Of a stretch of 64,000 nt of DNA, positions 45,986 through 56,824 are shown one piece after another. The notes beneath the pieces were generated by a model that worked only from the letters and a program-made list of their open reading frames with translations, was not told where the DNA came from and made no database searches. The DNA comes from an uncultured Nitrospiraceae bacterium. Lineage in GTDB: Bacteria; Nitrospirota; Thermodesulfovibrionia; Thermodesulfovibrionales; Dissulfurispiraceae. Position numbers and translations under genes: made by a program. The number at the start of each line of letters is the position of its first letter. Positions within the stretch are counted from its first letter, which is position 1. Where the stretch lies: contig CAVSHF010000003.1 of NCBI GenBank assembly GCA_963727805.1, forward strand, positions 1,632,001 to 1,696,000. The letters are read 5' to 3'.

Positions 45986-47150
45986 GATACAAAGCATCAT
46001 ATTCATCGGATTGCTGGGCCTTTTTCTCTTCGGCCTGCTCGAACTCTTTCAAATGAGGTTTCAGTCCGGAGATATCTATCCTATCTATTCTTCTCTGAGG
46101 ACCGATCCCCTCGGGACAAAGGCCTATTACGAAGCTCTCGCTGCAATGCCCGGGCTTTCAGTGTCGCGCAACTACAAACCGCTGCCGAAGCTTAAAGGTG
46201 ACTCTACTCTCTTTCTCCTCGGGGTGAATGGATATGCCCTCGAATTCATCGAGGATACGGAGGTGAAGGCTCTCGAATCTTTTGTTACGGGCGGTGGGAG
46301 GCTCATTATAACCCTTGTTCCCACACGCGCGGGGAGACAGACAAAGAACACCGAAAACAAGGATTATACAAAGCCCGCTGGGGTTAAGCCTCCCATCTCG
46401 CTTGCCAAGAGGTGGGGATTCAGATTTTCTTCAGGAGGGTCAGAAGGGACCCCAAAGCGGGAAGCCGTTTCAACCGCGGACGGATATCAACATCCAGCTT
46501 CTATTACATGGCATTCTATCGTCTCTTTTGAGGGACTTGACGCTGGTTGGGAAACTATTTACAAGTCGGCAGACAAGCCGGTTATGATTGAGAGGAGATA
46601 CGGCAAGGGGACGATCGTCCTCGCAACCGATACCTATTTTACGAGCAATGAGGCGATCCTGAGAGAGCGTCACCCCGAGCTGCTCGCATGGCTCGCGGGC
46701 TCGCACCAAGGCATAGTTTTCGATGAAACGCATAATGGCATCTTCGAGAATCCTGGCATCACTTTCCTCTTACGCAAATACGGCCTTCACGGCGTTTTTG
46801 CCGGATTTCTACTTCTTGGCTTGCTCTTCGTCTGGAAAAACAGTGTAAGCTTTGTACCGCGGCATGCGAATCAGGACGATGAATCTGACAATATCGCGCC
46901 CGGGAAGGACCATCTTTCGGGATTCATCAGCCTGCTTCGCCGAAATGTCCCTCGGAAAGAAGTCCTTTCTGTCTGTGTGCAAGAATGGAAAAAAGGACTT
47001 AGACAAGGCGCACTCCCGAAAGAGAAAATGGAAAGGATTGAAGAGGCAGCAGGGGTTTTCAGGGACAGGTCCGTGAAAAGTAAGTTGCAGGTAGATGCAT
47101 ACAAGTCCATAACGAAGATCTTATCAGAGAGGTTGACACATGGAAAATAA
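45969..47150 (+). CDS. DUF4350-domain membrane-anchored protein (start uncertain)
   Basis: YSS...PLGTKAYY, FVTGGGRLII, GKGTIVL, FDETHNG. Confidence 0.75.
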   Translation: MQKSTRIQSIIFIGLLGLFLFGLLELFQMRFQSGDIYPIYSSLRTDPLGTKAYYEALAAMPGLSVSRNYKPLPKLKGDSTLFLLGVNGYALEFIEDTEVKALESFVTGGGRLIITLVPTRAGRQTKNTENKDYTKPAGVKPPISLAKRWGFRFSSGGSEGTPKREAVSTADGYQHPASITWHSIVSFEGLDAGWETIYKSADKPVMIERRYGKGTIVLATDTYFTSNEAILRERHPELLAWLAGSHQGIVFDETHNGIFENPGITFLLRKYGLHGVFAGFLLLGLLFVWKNSVSFVPRHANQDDESDNIAPGKDHLSGFISLLRRNVPRKEVLSVCVQEWKKGLRQGALPKEKMERIEEAAGVFRDRSVKSKLQVDAYKSITKILSERLTHGK

Positions 47151-48105
47151 GATAGACCATTTAAAGGCGGTACTGGCTGAAGCAAGAAAAGAAGTTTCAA
47201 AGGTCATCATCGGACAGAAAGAGGCGGTGGACAAATCGCTCATCGCGATCTTCACCGGTACCCATGCCCTTATTGAAGGCGTACCAGGTGTGGCGAAAAC
47301 TCTTCTGGTGAGAACACTGGCACATATACTGGGCTGCGATTTCAAGAGAATACAGTTTACGCCGGATCTCATGCCGACCGACATCACCGGCACGAATATC
47401 TTTAACATGCAGAAGAACGACTTCACTCTCGTCAAGGGGCCGATATTCACAACTTTTCTCCTGGCTGACGAGATAAACAGAGCGCCTGCAAAGACCCAGT
47501 CAGCCCTACTTCAGGCAATGCAAGAACGGCACGTCACCATCGACCGCGAAACGTATCCTCTCTCTCCCAACTTTACGGTCTTCGCAACCCAGAATCCCAT
47601 CGAATATGAGGGCACCTACCCGCTGCCGGAGGCTCAGAAAGACCGTTTTATACTCAAGATTACGATGGACTATCCGGACAAAGGTGATGAGCTTTCGCTC
47701 GCGCACCGCATGCTCGGAAACGATTCTCCTGAAGCAGTCCTTGCCGCGGGCGGTGTCAAGACCGTCATAACCGCTGATGATCTAGATCTGTTGCGTCGGT
47801 CTCTCGAAGGGATACTTATCAAGGATGAACTAATAGGATACATTGTGGAGATCGTGAGACAAACGAGGAGTCACGAAAGCGTACTCGTCGGCGCAGGCCC
47901 GCGCGCCACGCAAGCCCTGATTCTGTCGGGGAGGGCTTATGCCGCCCTCGAAGGTCGCGATTTTGTCACACCCGATGATATCAAGAACCTTGCTATGCCG
48001 GCTCTCGAACACCGCATCATCCTGAGGCCTGATTACGAGATCGAAGGATTGAGCGTCCGCGAGGTGATCGCCGACGTCCTCAAAAAGGTGAGCGTCCCCA
48101 GATGA
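47140..48105 (+). CDS. moxR: MoxR-family AAA+ ATPase
   Basis: EGVPGVAKT, RIQFTPDLMPTD, LADEINRAPAKTQSALL, ATQNPIEYEGTYPLPEAQ.DRF. Confidence 0.95.
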   Translation: MENKIDHLKAVLAEARKEVSKVIIGQKEAVDKSLIAIFTGTHALIEGVPGVAKTLLVRTLAHILGCDFKRIQFTPDLMPTDITGTNIFNMQKNDFTLVKGPIFTTFLLADEINRAPAKTQSALLQAMQERHVTIDRETYPLSPNFTVFATQNPIEYEGTYPLPEAQKDRFILKITMDYPDKGDELSLAHRMLGNDSPEAVLAAGGVKTVITADDLDLLRRSLEGILIKDELIGYIVEIVRQTRSHESVLVGAGPRATQALILSGRAYAALEGRDFVTPDDIKNLAMPALEHRIILRPDYEIEGLSVREVIADVLKKVSVPR

Positions 48106-49460
48106 TCATTCCCCACAACAGGCTTCTCTTTTGGACAGGTGTCGTCGTTATCCCATTTTCCGGGCTCAGTGCGTTAGTCCCGGCAGAGAGAGAACTATCC
48201 GCAATAGCAATCGGTCTGCTGCTTCTGCTTGTGCTCATCGACGCGTCTCTTGCTTCCAGGGGGCTGCGGGGGATAAAGGTCGAATTCCCGGAAGTGGTTC
48301 GCCTTTCTCGTGGCCGGAAGGGACTGATCAGATTCGTCGCTTTGAATGAAAACTCTAAAACTAAAAGGGTGCGGATCGGCCTCGTATTCCCATACGAGAT
48401 TGGTACTAAAAGTGACAGCCTTATTCTGAATCTTCAAAAAGGAGACCGCACGCTTTTTCAATGGGACTGCACGCCTATGAGGCGCGGTTCATATTGCTTC
48501 GATCTCTGCTACCTTGAAGGAACCTCTCCACTCGGCTTTTGGGCAGTGATGGGAAGTCTACCCATTAATTCTGAAATCCGGGTCTATCCCGACTTCCTTG
48601 CAGAAAAGAAACACCTTGCGTCCCTCTTTTTGAATCGTGGCAATTTTGGTATTCATACCCGCCGACAGGTAGGCCAGGGGCGCGACTTGGAGAAACTTCG
48701 CGAATACGCACACGGCGACAGTTATGAGCATATTCACTGGAAAGTAACTGCCAAGCGGGGGCGCCCGGTGACCAAGGTATTCCAGATCGAAAAGACCCAA
48801 GAAGTCTATGTCATAATTGACGCCTCACGTCTCAGCAGCCGCAGCCCCGCTATTACGGATGCAAATCAGTCGTACGGCAAAGGCGAATATCCGCTATCAT
48901 TAATGGAGCGGTTCGTTACGAGTGCACTCGTCATGGGCACTGCAGCGCACAGGCAAGGGGATCGTTTCGGCATCCTAACCTTTAGCGACAGGGTGCGAAC
49001 TTTCATCAGGGCCAAAACCGGCGCGGGCCATTTGACCAATTGCCGCGAGGCTCTCTTATCGATACATCCGGAAATAGTGAATCCCGATTTCGGCGAAATC
49101 TTCTCCTTTATCGGCATGAAAATAAGAAGGCGCTCACTCCTGATCTTTTTGACGAGTCTCGATGACCCCGCCCTCGCCGAAAGTTTCATAAACGGTATCG
49201 ACCTAATGGCACGCAAGCACCTCGTCATGGTAAACATGCTCAGGCCGGCAGGAGTAAGGCCGCTCTTTTCTGATTCCGGGGTGGATTCCCTCGAAGATAT
49301 TTACGGAGCACTGGGGGGACATCTCATGTGGCAGAATCTCGGCGAGATAGGGAAGGTCCTCGAACGCCGCGGGGTACGCTTTACCCTTCTCGAAAATGAA
49401 ACAATGTGCAGCGCGTTGGTTTCACAATACATGGAATTGAAACAGAGACAGCTCCTATGA
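48102..49460 (+). CDS. DUF58-domain (vWA-like) protein
   Basis: LREYAHGD...IHWKVTAK, IDASR, GDRFG. Confidence 0.9.
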   Translation: MIIPHNRLLFWTGVVVIPFSGLSALVPAERELSAIAIGLLLLLVLIDASLASRGLRGIKVEFPEVVRLSRGRKGLIRFVALNENSKTKRVRIGLVFPYEIGTKSDSLILNLQKGDRTLFQWDCTPMRRGSYCFDLCYLEGTSPLGFWAVMGSLPINSEIRVYPDFLAEKKHLASLFLNRGNFGIHTRRQVGQGRDLEKLREYAHGDSYEHIHWKVTAKRGRPVTKVFQIEKTQEVYVIIDASRLSSRSPAITDANQSYGKGEYPLSLMERFVTSALVMGTAAHRQGDRFGILTFSDRVRTFIRAKTGAGHLTNCREALLSIHPEIVNPDFGEIFSFIGMKIRRRSLLIFLTSLDDPALAESFINGIDLMARKHLVMVNMLRPAGVRPLFSDSGVDSLEDIYGALGGHLMWQNLGEIGKVLERRGVRFTLLENETMCSALVSQYMELKQRQLL

Positions 49461-50479
49461 TTATAGACCTGCAGAAATTTATCGCCGAGGAGGGCCCCTA
49501 CTGGATGGACCTCGAAGCAACGCTTGGCAGACTCGAAAACGATCCCCTTCAGAAAATGTCCCTCGATGAGGTAAAGCACTTTCATTACCTCTATCAGCGC
49601 ACCGCCTCTGCGTTGGCGAAGATGGCGACCTTCTCTTTGGAGCCTGAGATTAGACGCTATCTCGAATCCCTGACAGCCCGTGCTTATGCCGAAATCAATG
49701 AGACGCGGGAAAGACCTCATAGACTCTCGCTTGGCCGTTGGTTTTTCACTACCCTTCCAAGCACCTTCAGAGGAAGGATACAGGCTTTTTACCTATCCTT
49801 CGCGATAACGATCGTTGGAATGATCATCGGCGGCTTTATCGCTAGCCTCGACCCAGAAGCGAAAGAGGTCATCCTTCCCTTCCCTCATCTCAAAGGGAGC
49901 CCGACCGAAAGGGTTTACGGCGAAGAAAAAGTTGTTGAAGACCGTCTGAAAGGCTTCCAGGCGAGCGGCGCGGCGTGGTACATGACTCACAATACCCAGG
50001 TCTGCATCTTCACAATGGCCCTCGGCATCACATGGGGCATAGGTACGGTGCTGATGCTTTTTTATAATGGAGCTATCCTGGGCGCAGTTGTCTTCGATTA
50101 CGTCCTTGCAGGAGAGGCACAATTCTTGATCGCATGGCTATCCCCGCACGGAGTTGTCGAGATCCCCGCGATCCTGCTTGCGGGGCAGACAGGATTGGTT
50201 CTTGCGGGTGCGTTCATAGGCCGGGGAAGCAGCACCTCTTTACCGACGAGGCTCCGGCAGGTCTCAAAAGACCTCGTCACTCTTATCTTCGGTGTGGCCA
50301 TAATGCTCACTTGGGCGGGCTTTATTGAGTCCTTTGTCTCGCAGTATCATGAGCCTATGCTTCCTTACCCGCTAAAAATCGGTTTCGCCGCTATCGAGTT
50401 TGTCATGCTCGTCCTTTTCTTTGGTTTTTCAGGCCGACCTAAACAGAAAACTCAAAGGAGTGGACTTGAACAACACTAA
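49457..50479 (+). CDS. SpoIIM/DUF95-family membrane protein
   Basis: YMTHNTQV, LFYNGAILG, PHGVVEIPAILLA, AGFIESFVS. Confidence 0.9.
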   Translation: MIIDLQKFIAEEGPYWMDLEATLGRLENDPLQKMSLDEVKHFHYLYQRTASALAKMATFSLEPEIRRYLESLTARAYAEINETRERPHRLSLGRWFFTTLPSTFRGRIQAFYLSFAITIVGMIIGGFIASLDPEAKEVILPFPHLKGSPTERVYGEEKVVEDRLKGFQASGAAWYMTHNTQVCIFTMALGITWGIGTVLMLFYNGAILGAVVFDYVLAGEAQFLIAWLSPHGVVEIPAILLAGQTGLVLAGAFIGRGSSTSLPTRLRQVSKDLVTLIFGVAIMLTWAGFIESFVSQYHEPMLPYPLKIGFAAIEFVMLVLFFGFSGRPKQKTQRSGLEQH

Positions 50480-51239
50480 CAGAAAAACGAATATGCTTAA
50501 TATCCGGACACCTGAGGGGATCGTCTTTTCGATGCTCCTTGCCGGCCCGGTAACCCGATCGTTAGCATGGGCCGTAGACCTCGCCTGCATCATCGCCGTC
50601 ATGAGCATTATCGGCAGCATTGTCGGCACACTCAGTATTGTAAGCAGGGATTTGGCAGGCGCCATTTCGATGGTTCTGTATTTTTTTGTTTCGATAGGCT
50701 ACAGCATTTTAACGGAGTGGCTCTGGAGAGGACAAACTATAGGCAAGAAGCTCCTGCGACTGAGGGTAATGGACGTTCAGGGGCTGAAGCTTCAGTTCAG
50801 CCAGATCGTGATCCGCAACCTCCTGCGCTTCTTCGATTCTCTTCCAGCCTTCTATTGTGTCGGAGGTACCGCATGCCTGCTCAGCAGGAAATGCCAACGC
50901 TTGGGCGACATCGCTGCCAATACTGTCGTCATCTATACGCCTGAAGTTGGGGACCCTAATGTCGAGCAGCTTATTGCCGGAAAGTTTAATTCACTCCGAA
51001 GCTATTCGCATTTAGCAGCCAGGCTCAGGCAGCAGATATCTCCGCAGGAAACCAGAATCGCTCGTCAGGCCCTGATGAGGCGTGATGAACTCGACCCCGC
51101 AGCGCGTATCGGACTGTTCAGAAAAATCGCTGACCATTTCCGGTCCATCGTCGAATTCCCAGAGGAGGCAACGTTTGGGATTACTGATGAACAATATATT
51201 CGTAATGTCGTCGATATTCTCTTCAGGGACAAAAATTGA
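50466..51239 (+). CDS. RDD-family membrane protein (start uncertain)
   Basis: IRTPEG...LAG...R..AWAVD, GQTIGKKLLRLRV, RNLLRFFD, QRLGDIAANTVV. Confidence 0.9.
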   Translation: MNNTNRKTNMLNIRTPEGIVFSMLLAGPVTRSLAWAVDLACIIAVMSIIGSIVGTLSIVSRDLAGAISMVLYFFVSIGYSILTEWLWRGQTIGKKLLRLRVMDVQGLKLQFSQIVIRNLLRFFDSLPAFYCVGGTACLLSRKCQRLGDIAANTVVIYTPEVGDPNVEQLIAGKFNSLRSYSHLAARLRQQISPQETRIARQALMRRDELDPAARIGLFRKIADHFRSIVEFPEEATFGITDEQYIRNVVDILFRDKN

Positions 51240-51282
51240 ACTGAGTGCCTTATTTGGTCCTCACGGATGGCCGTCTACAGAT

Positions 51283-51315
51283 GTAAAAAGGCCCGGAGAG
51301 ACCGGGCCTTTTTAC
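51283..51315. terminator. Bidirectional intrinsic terminator
   Basis: GTAAAAAGGCCCGG-agaga-CCGGGCCTTTTTAC between convergent genes. Confidence 0.9.
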
Positions 51316-51338
51316 TGTTGCCTCATTGTCTTTAGGCG

Positions 51339-53006
51339 TTAACGGCTCCCCGTAGAGGTTTTAAACTTCCTCGTCACATCCTGGAGATCAGCGGACAGCC
51401 TGGCAAGATTATTCGACGCTCCCTCAATCTCCCCTGCGCTGCTGCTCGTCTCTTTTGAAACATTGGCTACCACCTCAATATCAGAGCTGATGGTGTCGGA
51501 AACGGTCGACATTTCTTCAGTAGCGGATGCGATTTGCTGTACCATCGACTGAAGTCCCTGCACACTTACCAAAATCTTGTGAAGCGCCTCACCTGCTTCA
51601 GCAGAAAGCGAGACCCCTTTTTCGACCCTTGTCTGGCTCTCTGTCATCGCCTGCACGGCCTTATTCGTTTCATCCTGGATAGCACCAATCATCTCTCCAA
51701 CTTCGGAAGTGGCCTTAGAAGTCTTTTCAGCGAGTTTGCGCACCTCGTCCGCCACCACTGCAAAGCCTCTTCCCTGCTCTCCGGCCCTTGCAGCCTCGAT
51801 CGCAGCATTCAGGGCAAGCAGGTTCGTCTGATCGGCGATGTCCTTGATCACATCAACAATCTCAAATATCTGCTTTGAGCGTTCTCCCAAAGTCGTAATT
51901 CTGCTGGCAGATTCTGACACCGTAGTCGAAATCACCTGGACCTCGTTGACGGTCTGACTTACAACCCTTTCTCCTGTTTCCGCTATCTTCAGCGTATCGA
52001 CCGCTGACATTGCTATGTTGGAGGCGTTCTTCGCAATGTCCACAACAGTCTGGGACATCTCGGTCGCCGCAGTCGCCACCTGCGTAGACTTCTTTGCCTG
52101 CTCATCGAGTCTCCTCGTAATGTCGCGGACTGTTGCCGAAAGCTCTTCCGACGCTGAAGCAACCTGAGTTGCCGTGCTGGCGACACTGCCCATGGCGGTA
52201 TTTAGTAGATGACTGAGATCATTCTTGGTTTTATTAAGCGCAGCCGCCAGTGTCCCGGCCTCGTCCTTGGATTTCACATCGAGGTCGACTGCGGTAAAGT
52301 CACCTTCGGCCATCCTATTGGCGAAAATGACACTTGCTTTCAAAGGCCTTGTGATAATGAGCGAGATAAAAAAGACAAGTACAAAAATAACAATTGAACC
52401 GACCGCAGTGGCAATCAGCACTTTGGTCCGTATCAAGGATATCTCGGCGGAAACTTCACCAACATAGGTTCCGCTGCCGATAACCCATCCCCATGGCTGA
52501 TAGAGTTTCACATAGGAAACCTTCTGTACAGGTTTTGCTTCTCCCGGCTTTGGCCATTCGTAGTCCACAAATCCTTCGCCTTTTTCCTTACATGTACTAA
52601 CCATCTCGACAAAAAGTTTCTTTCCATTAGGATCCTTGTTGTCGCTCAGATCCTTGCCGTCAAGTTCGGGTTTAGTTGGGTGCATTATCATAGTGGGATG
52701 CATGTCGTTAATCCAAAAATAATCATCCTTCTTGTAACGGAGGCTTTTGATCCTGTCGATAGCCCTCTTTTGGGCCTCCTGAATGCTTAATTCCCCTTTT
52801 TGCGCGCGAGCACCATATTCAACCACAAGATTGTATGCGACATCAACAACACTCTTAGTCGCAATCCTCTTCTCCTCCATCATCTTTGACCCCATCAAAG
52901 GTAGGAAATACAGGACTACCCCCAAAATTGCAGCGAGGATAGTAAACACAGATATGCCAATCACTTTAGTCGAAATCTTCCAGTCTCTAGGACTAAATAG
53001 AGTCAT
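51339..53006 (-). CDS. Methyl-accepting chemotaxis protein with single Cache sensor and HAMP domain
   Basis: YFWIND...MIMHP..PELDGK...[43 protein letters not shown]. Confidence 0.96.
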   Translation of the reverse strand: MTLFSPRDWKISTKVIGISVFTILAAILGVVLYFLPLMGSKMMEEKRIATKSVVDVAYNLVVEYGARAQKGELSIQEAQKRAIDRIKSLRYKKDDYFWINDMHPTMIMHPTKPELDGKDLSDNKDPNGKKLFVEMVSTCKEKGEGFVDYEWPKPGEAKPVQKVSYVKLYQPWGWVIGSGTYVGEVSAEISLIRTKVLIATAVGSIVIFVLVFFISLIITRPLKASVIFANRMAEGDFTAVDLDVKSKDEAGTLAAALNKTKNDLSHLLNTAMGSVASTATQVASASEELSATVRDITRRLDEQAKKSTQVATAATEMSQTVVDIAKNASNIAMSAVDTLKIAETGERVVSQTVNEVQVISTTVSESASRITTLGERSKQIFEIVDVIKDIADQTNLLALNAAIEAARAGEQGRGFAVVADEVRKLAEKTSKATSEVGEMIGAIQDETNKAVQAMTESQTRVEKGVSLSAEAGEALHKILVSVQGLQSMVQQIASATEEMSTVSDTISSDIEVVANVSKETSSSAGEIEGASNNLARLSADLQDVTRKFKTSTGSR

Positions 53007-53153
53007 GATGCCCCCCTCAAAGGCAGATATTTAATAGTTTACCATAATTATTCATTACCTCACTAGACATGCACCAAGTATTTCAAGAGCTATAAGTGTC
53101 AAAACGACTCATCATACGACCGACTCGTTAAAAGCATCTATTGAATTGACCCC

Positions 53154-53186
53154 AAAAAAACAAAGGGCCCGAAAAACCGGGCCCTC
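53154..53186 (-). terminator. Intrinsic terminator after nfnB
   Basis: AGGGCCCG...CGGGCCCT hairpin with a minus-strand T-tract. Confidence 0.75.
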
Positions 53187-53215
53187 GTAACGGCACAATA
53201 AGACGGGTCAGCTAC

Positions 53216-54655
53216 TCACCATGAACCATTTTCCATGAGAAACTTATGCATGTCTGCGGCAGCTCTTTTGCCAGCGCCCATCGCACTTATTACGGTAGCA
53301 GCGCCTGTAACGACGTCACCTCCCGCCCAGACCTTCGGTTTTGTCGTCCGTCCTGTTTCTTGATCCGCTACTGTCGTGCCCCACTTTGTCCTTTCCAAGC
53401 CTTCCGCATCGATAAATACAAGCGGGTTTGGACTGGTGCCGAGCGCGACAATCACACTATCCACTTGCATTTCAAATTCGGATCCCGGGATCGGCACCGG
53501 TCTACGGCGGCCCGAAGCATCAGGTTCACCAAGTTCCATACGGATGCAACGCATCGCTTTCACAGTCCCCTTCTCATCACCGATGATTTCAACCGGGTTG
53601 GTCAGGAAGTCGAAAATAACTCCTTCCTCTTCGGCGTGATGCACCTCTTCGGCCCTAGCCGGCACTTCATCCCTTGAACGGCGGTACACTATATGGACTT
53701 CATCTTTTCCATTCTTCGCCAGGAGCTTCTGGAGCCTGAGGCTGCATCTCGCAGAGTCCATCGCCACATTCCCTGCGCCAATAACGGCAACCTTCCCGCC
53801 CACCTTTGAAGGTGTATCATATTCTGGGAAAAGATAGCTCTTCATCAAATTGACTCTCGTGAGGAATTCATTTGCCGACATGACTCCATTCAGGTTAATG
53901 CCGGGAATTCGCATAAAGGACGGCAGTCCTGCACCAGTGCCGAGGAACACGGCATCATACTGTTCAAGCAACTCAACTAATGTGAGTGTCCGGCCTATTA
54001 TGTGATCGGTACGAAGAGCGATTCCGAGACACTTCATCGCATAATCAACCTCTGAATGCACTACACCTTTGGGCAGACGAAATTCGGGGATACCATAGAT
54101 CAGAACGCCACCGGGTCCATGGAGGGATTCGAACATTGTGACTTCATGTCCCTCCCTGCCCAGATCAACCGCACAGGTGAGGCCTGCAGGTCCTGTGCCG
54201 ACTACGGCGATACGCTTCCCTGTTGCCGGCGCTTTAACTAGAGGGCAGGTACGATGGGCAAGCTCGTAGTCACCGACATATCTTTCCAGCCTTCCGATTG
54301 CCACCGAGTTACCCTTTTTGCCCAGGAGGCACTTCCCTTCGCACTGGGTCTCCTGCGGACAGACCCTGCCGCATATGGCAGGCAAGTTGTTCTTGAGCTT
54401 CATTTCAGCGACGGACTTGGCCATATCGCCTTCACGCAATGCCTTGATGAACTGCGGGATGCGGACACCAACAGGACAGCCCTCAATGCAGAGGGGCTTC
54501 TTGCATTGTATGCAGCGGTTCGCCTCCTCTTGTGCGGTTTCATACGAATATCCCAGGGCAACTTCTTCGAAGTTCCCAGCCCGTATGTGTTCATCCTGAA
54601 CAGGCATATCATGCCTGGGTATTTTCATACGCTCTTTATTAGTAAGCTCCGCCAT
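53216..54655 (-). CDS. nfnB: NfnB/GltD-like large subunit of NADH-dependent ferredoxin:NADP oxidoreductase
   Basis: RCIQCKKPLCIEGCP, CGRVCPQETQCE, GTGPAG, YGIPEFRLPK, GAGNVAMD, GGDVVTGAATV. Confidence 0.88.
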   Translation of the reverse strand: MAELTNKERMKIPRHDMPVQDEHIRAGNFEEVALGYSYETAQEEANRCIQCKKPLCIEGCPVGVRIPQFIKALREGDMAKSVAEMKLKNNLPAICGRVCPQETQCEGKCLLGKKGNSVAIGRLERYVGDYELAHRTCPLVKAPATGKRIAVVGTGPAGLTCAVDLGREGHEVTMFESLHGPGGVLIYGIPEFRLPKGVVHSEVDYAMKCLGIALRTDHIIGRTLTLVELLEQYDAVFLGTGAGLPSFMRIPGINLNGVMSANEFLTRVNLMKSYLFPEYDTPSKVGGKVAVIGAGNVAMDSARCSLRLQKLLAKNGKDEVHIVYRRSRDEVPARAEEVHHAEEEGVIFDFLTNPVEIIGDEKGTVKAMRCIRMELGEPDASGRRRPVPIPGSEFEMQVDSVIVALGTSPNPLVFIDAEGLERTKWGTTVADQETGRTTKPKVWAGGDVVTGAATVISAMGAGKRAAADMHKFLMENGSW

Positions 54656-54656
54656 A

Positions 54657-55559
54657 TTAAGCACCTCCCTTTTCAATAGCAGCATCAAGATTACACTTAT
54701 GCTTGTACTGATCTACTGCGCGCTTCTCTTCATCTTTGTAGTAAGACAACCGGGAAAGAAGACTGCTCCAATCCACCTTATGGCCGTCAAATTCGGGGCC
54801 GTCAACGCAAACGAACTGGGCACCGTCGGTAAGCGGCACACGGCAGCCGCCGCACATGCCGGTTCCATCGATCATGATAGTGTTCAGGCTGACAATGGTG
54901 GGGGTATTATAAGGTTTGGTAGTGCCGGCAACGAATTTCATCATGATTGCAGGGCCGATAGCCCATACCTGCGCAATAGTTTTTGTTTTTGAGTCGAGCA
55001 ATTCCTTGAGAGGGTCTGTTACAAGACATTTTCTGCCGTATGAGCCATCATCCGTGCAAATCGTCAACTCGTCCGAAACGGCTCGCATCTTGTCCTCCCA
55101 GAAAAGGAGTTCCTTCGTACGGGCGCCAATAATTGAAATAACATAGTTCCCTGCTTCTTTCAGGGAACGAGTAATAGGGTAAATTGGGGCGATACCGACG
55201 CCGCCGCCGATGCAGACAATAGTGCCGTAATTCTTGATCTCGGTAGGGTGCCCGAGCGGACCAGCAAAGGTAGAAAGCCTGTCTCCTGGATTAAGGGTCC
55301 CCAGCTGCATGGTAGATTTTCCGACTTCCTGGAAAATAAGGGTGATTGTCCCGGCATCCCGATCATAATCAGCGATGGTAAGTGGTATGCGTTCGCCTTT
55401 CTCATCGATGCGGACGATGACAAATTGTCCCGCCTTCGCCTTCTTTGCTATCTGGGGTGCTTCCACGACCATAAGTTTTGTCACATCACTCAGAATCTCT
55501 TTCTTCACGATTCTGTACCCTGCTGCTGTTTCTGCGTTACCGGAATTTTCCTGCGCCAT
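54657..55559 (-). CDS. nfnA: NfnA/PyrK-like small subunit
   Basis: GERIPLTIAD, GPLG, GGGVGIAP, DGTGMCGGCRV...CVDGPEF. Confidence 0.88.
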   Translation of the reverse strand: MAQENSGNAETAAGYRIVKKEILSDVTKLMVVEAPQIAKKAKAGQFVIVRIDEKGERIPLTIADYDRDAGTITLIFQEVGKSTMQLGTLNPGDRLSTFAGPLGHPTEIKNYGTIVCIGGGVGIAPIYPITRSLKEAGNYVISIIGARTKELLFWEDKMRAVSDELTICTDDGSYGRKCLVTDPLKELLDSKTKTIAQVWAIGPAIMMKFVAGTTKPYNTPTIVSLNTIMIDGTGMCGGCRVPLTDGAQFVCVDGPEFDGHKVDWSSLLSRLSYYKDEEKRAVDQYKHKCNLDAAIEKGGA

Positions 55560-55822
55560 ACTACCTCCTTGCTTAATTGATGGTCACATTTTTTATGGCC
55601 TTATGAGAAATACATAATTGATCACTTGGCTATAAAAACTGAATTTGGGCTTATCATCCGAGATGAGATGCGTGCATTAAGTGAGCTGATACCCATATTA
55701 TTTATATGCTTATAAATATATATTAAATTTCAAAAAGTTAACTTCTTTTGAATAATACCACCATGTGACGTCATCATGCAAGTAAGACACTACGTGGTAC
55801 CAGATGGTGCCTCACAATGTCA

Positions 55823-56197
55823 TTAGTATTGCTCCAAGTCTTCCTCGGACATGCCGAAGTAATGGCCAATTTCATGAACCAGGGTCAACCGTATCTCTTC
55901 TATAAGCTGATCTTCGGAATTGCATATAGCCTCGATGTTTTTCTGGTAAAGAATGATAGAGTCGGGTAAGGGAGCAGGAATACTAAAAAAACTCCCCTTT
56001 GCCGGATATGCTGCTCCGGCGAATAACCCGAGGAGTTCATTCCTCGGAACTCCGGCAAGCCCGGCATCTTCCTCACTAGGGAAATCTTCCACAAGGACCC
56101 TTACATTACTGAAATGCCGGCGATACCTTTTGGGGACCCTCTGCAGCGCCTCCTCGACAAGCCGGTCAAACTGTTCCCTGCTCATGCCATATGCCAT
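55823..56197 (-). CDS. Zincin-like metallopeptidase (DUF1025 type)
   Basis: LLGLFAG, IILYQKNI, HEIGHYFG. Confidence 0.85.
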   Translation of the reverse strand: MAYGMSREQFDRLVEEALQRVPKRYRRHFSNVRVLVEDFPSEEDAGLAGVPRNELLGLFAGAAYPAKGSFFSIPAPLPDSIILYQKNIEAICNSEDQLIEEIRLTLVHEIGHYFGMSEEDLEQY

Positions 56198-56205
56198 GCG
56201 TTAGC

Positions 56206-56748
56206 TTAACGCAATTGCTGTCGACGCTGCTCCATCTGGAGTTCCAATGCCTGGAGTTCTTCGATAGTTTTCCGAAGTTCCTGTTCCTGCTTTTCGAGTT
56301 GCTCTATATTGCTCCGCAACGTCCGGTTCTGACGCTCAGTCTGCTCATTCTTCGCCTTCAGTTGAGCAACTTCCTGGTTGACATCGGTGAGCCTGCCGAG
56401 CGCTACTATCCAATCCCTGATATCCTTGTCTTTAGATATTTCAGGCTTCAGATCGACAGCTTTTTTTAAATCTTCCAGGGCGCCGTCGTAATCGATGCGA
56501 GGGTTATCGGCCCTGAGCCTCAGTCTGGCCCGGCTGAGATAGGCCTCAGCGAGGAAGAAAGGGTTGCTCTCATTGTTAATGTTCTCTGTCAGGACCTTTT
56601 CTTCCTTCACCAAGTCCTCCGTGACAGGTACGCGCTCTAAAATCGCGCAGCCGCAGGCTGTGAGTATAAGCACCCCGGTGACGACTGCCGTAATAACGCC
56701 ACCGAGACCGCGACGCCGATGCCTAAAAAATCCTGCACTCATAATCAT
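56206..56748 (-). CDS. Putative lipoprotein with TPR-like helices and C-terminal coiled coil (QseG-like layout)
   Basis: LTAC lipobox; ALEDLKKAVDLKP; IEELQALELQMEQRR. Confidence 0.65.
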   Translation of the reverse strand: MIMSAGFFRHRRRGLGGVITAVVTGVLILTACGCAILERVPVTEDLVKEEKVLTENINNESNPFFLAEAYLSRARLRLRADNPRIDYDGALEDLKKAVDLKPEISKDKDIRDWIVALGRLTDVNQEVAQLKAKNEQTERQNRTLRSNIEQLEKQEQELRKTIEELQALELQMEQRRQQLR

Positions 56749-56824
56749 AATCTATCTGCCCCTTCGCTGAAACGTCGTTTATCGACAGCATAGACGCTGC
56801 CGGACATGGATTTTGCATGTTCCT

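Noticed and set aside
53216..54655. Glutamate synthase small subunit
   Set aside because: No gltB nearby and it is paired with a PyrK-like subunit, which fits NfnAB better
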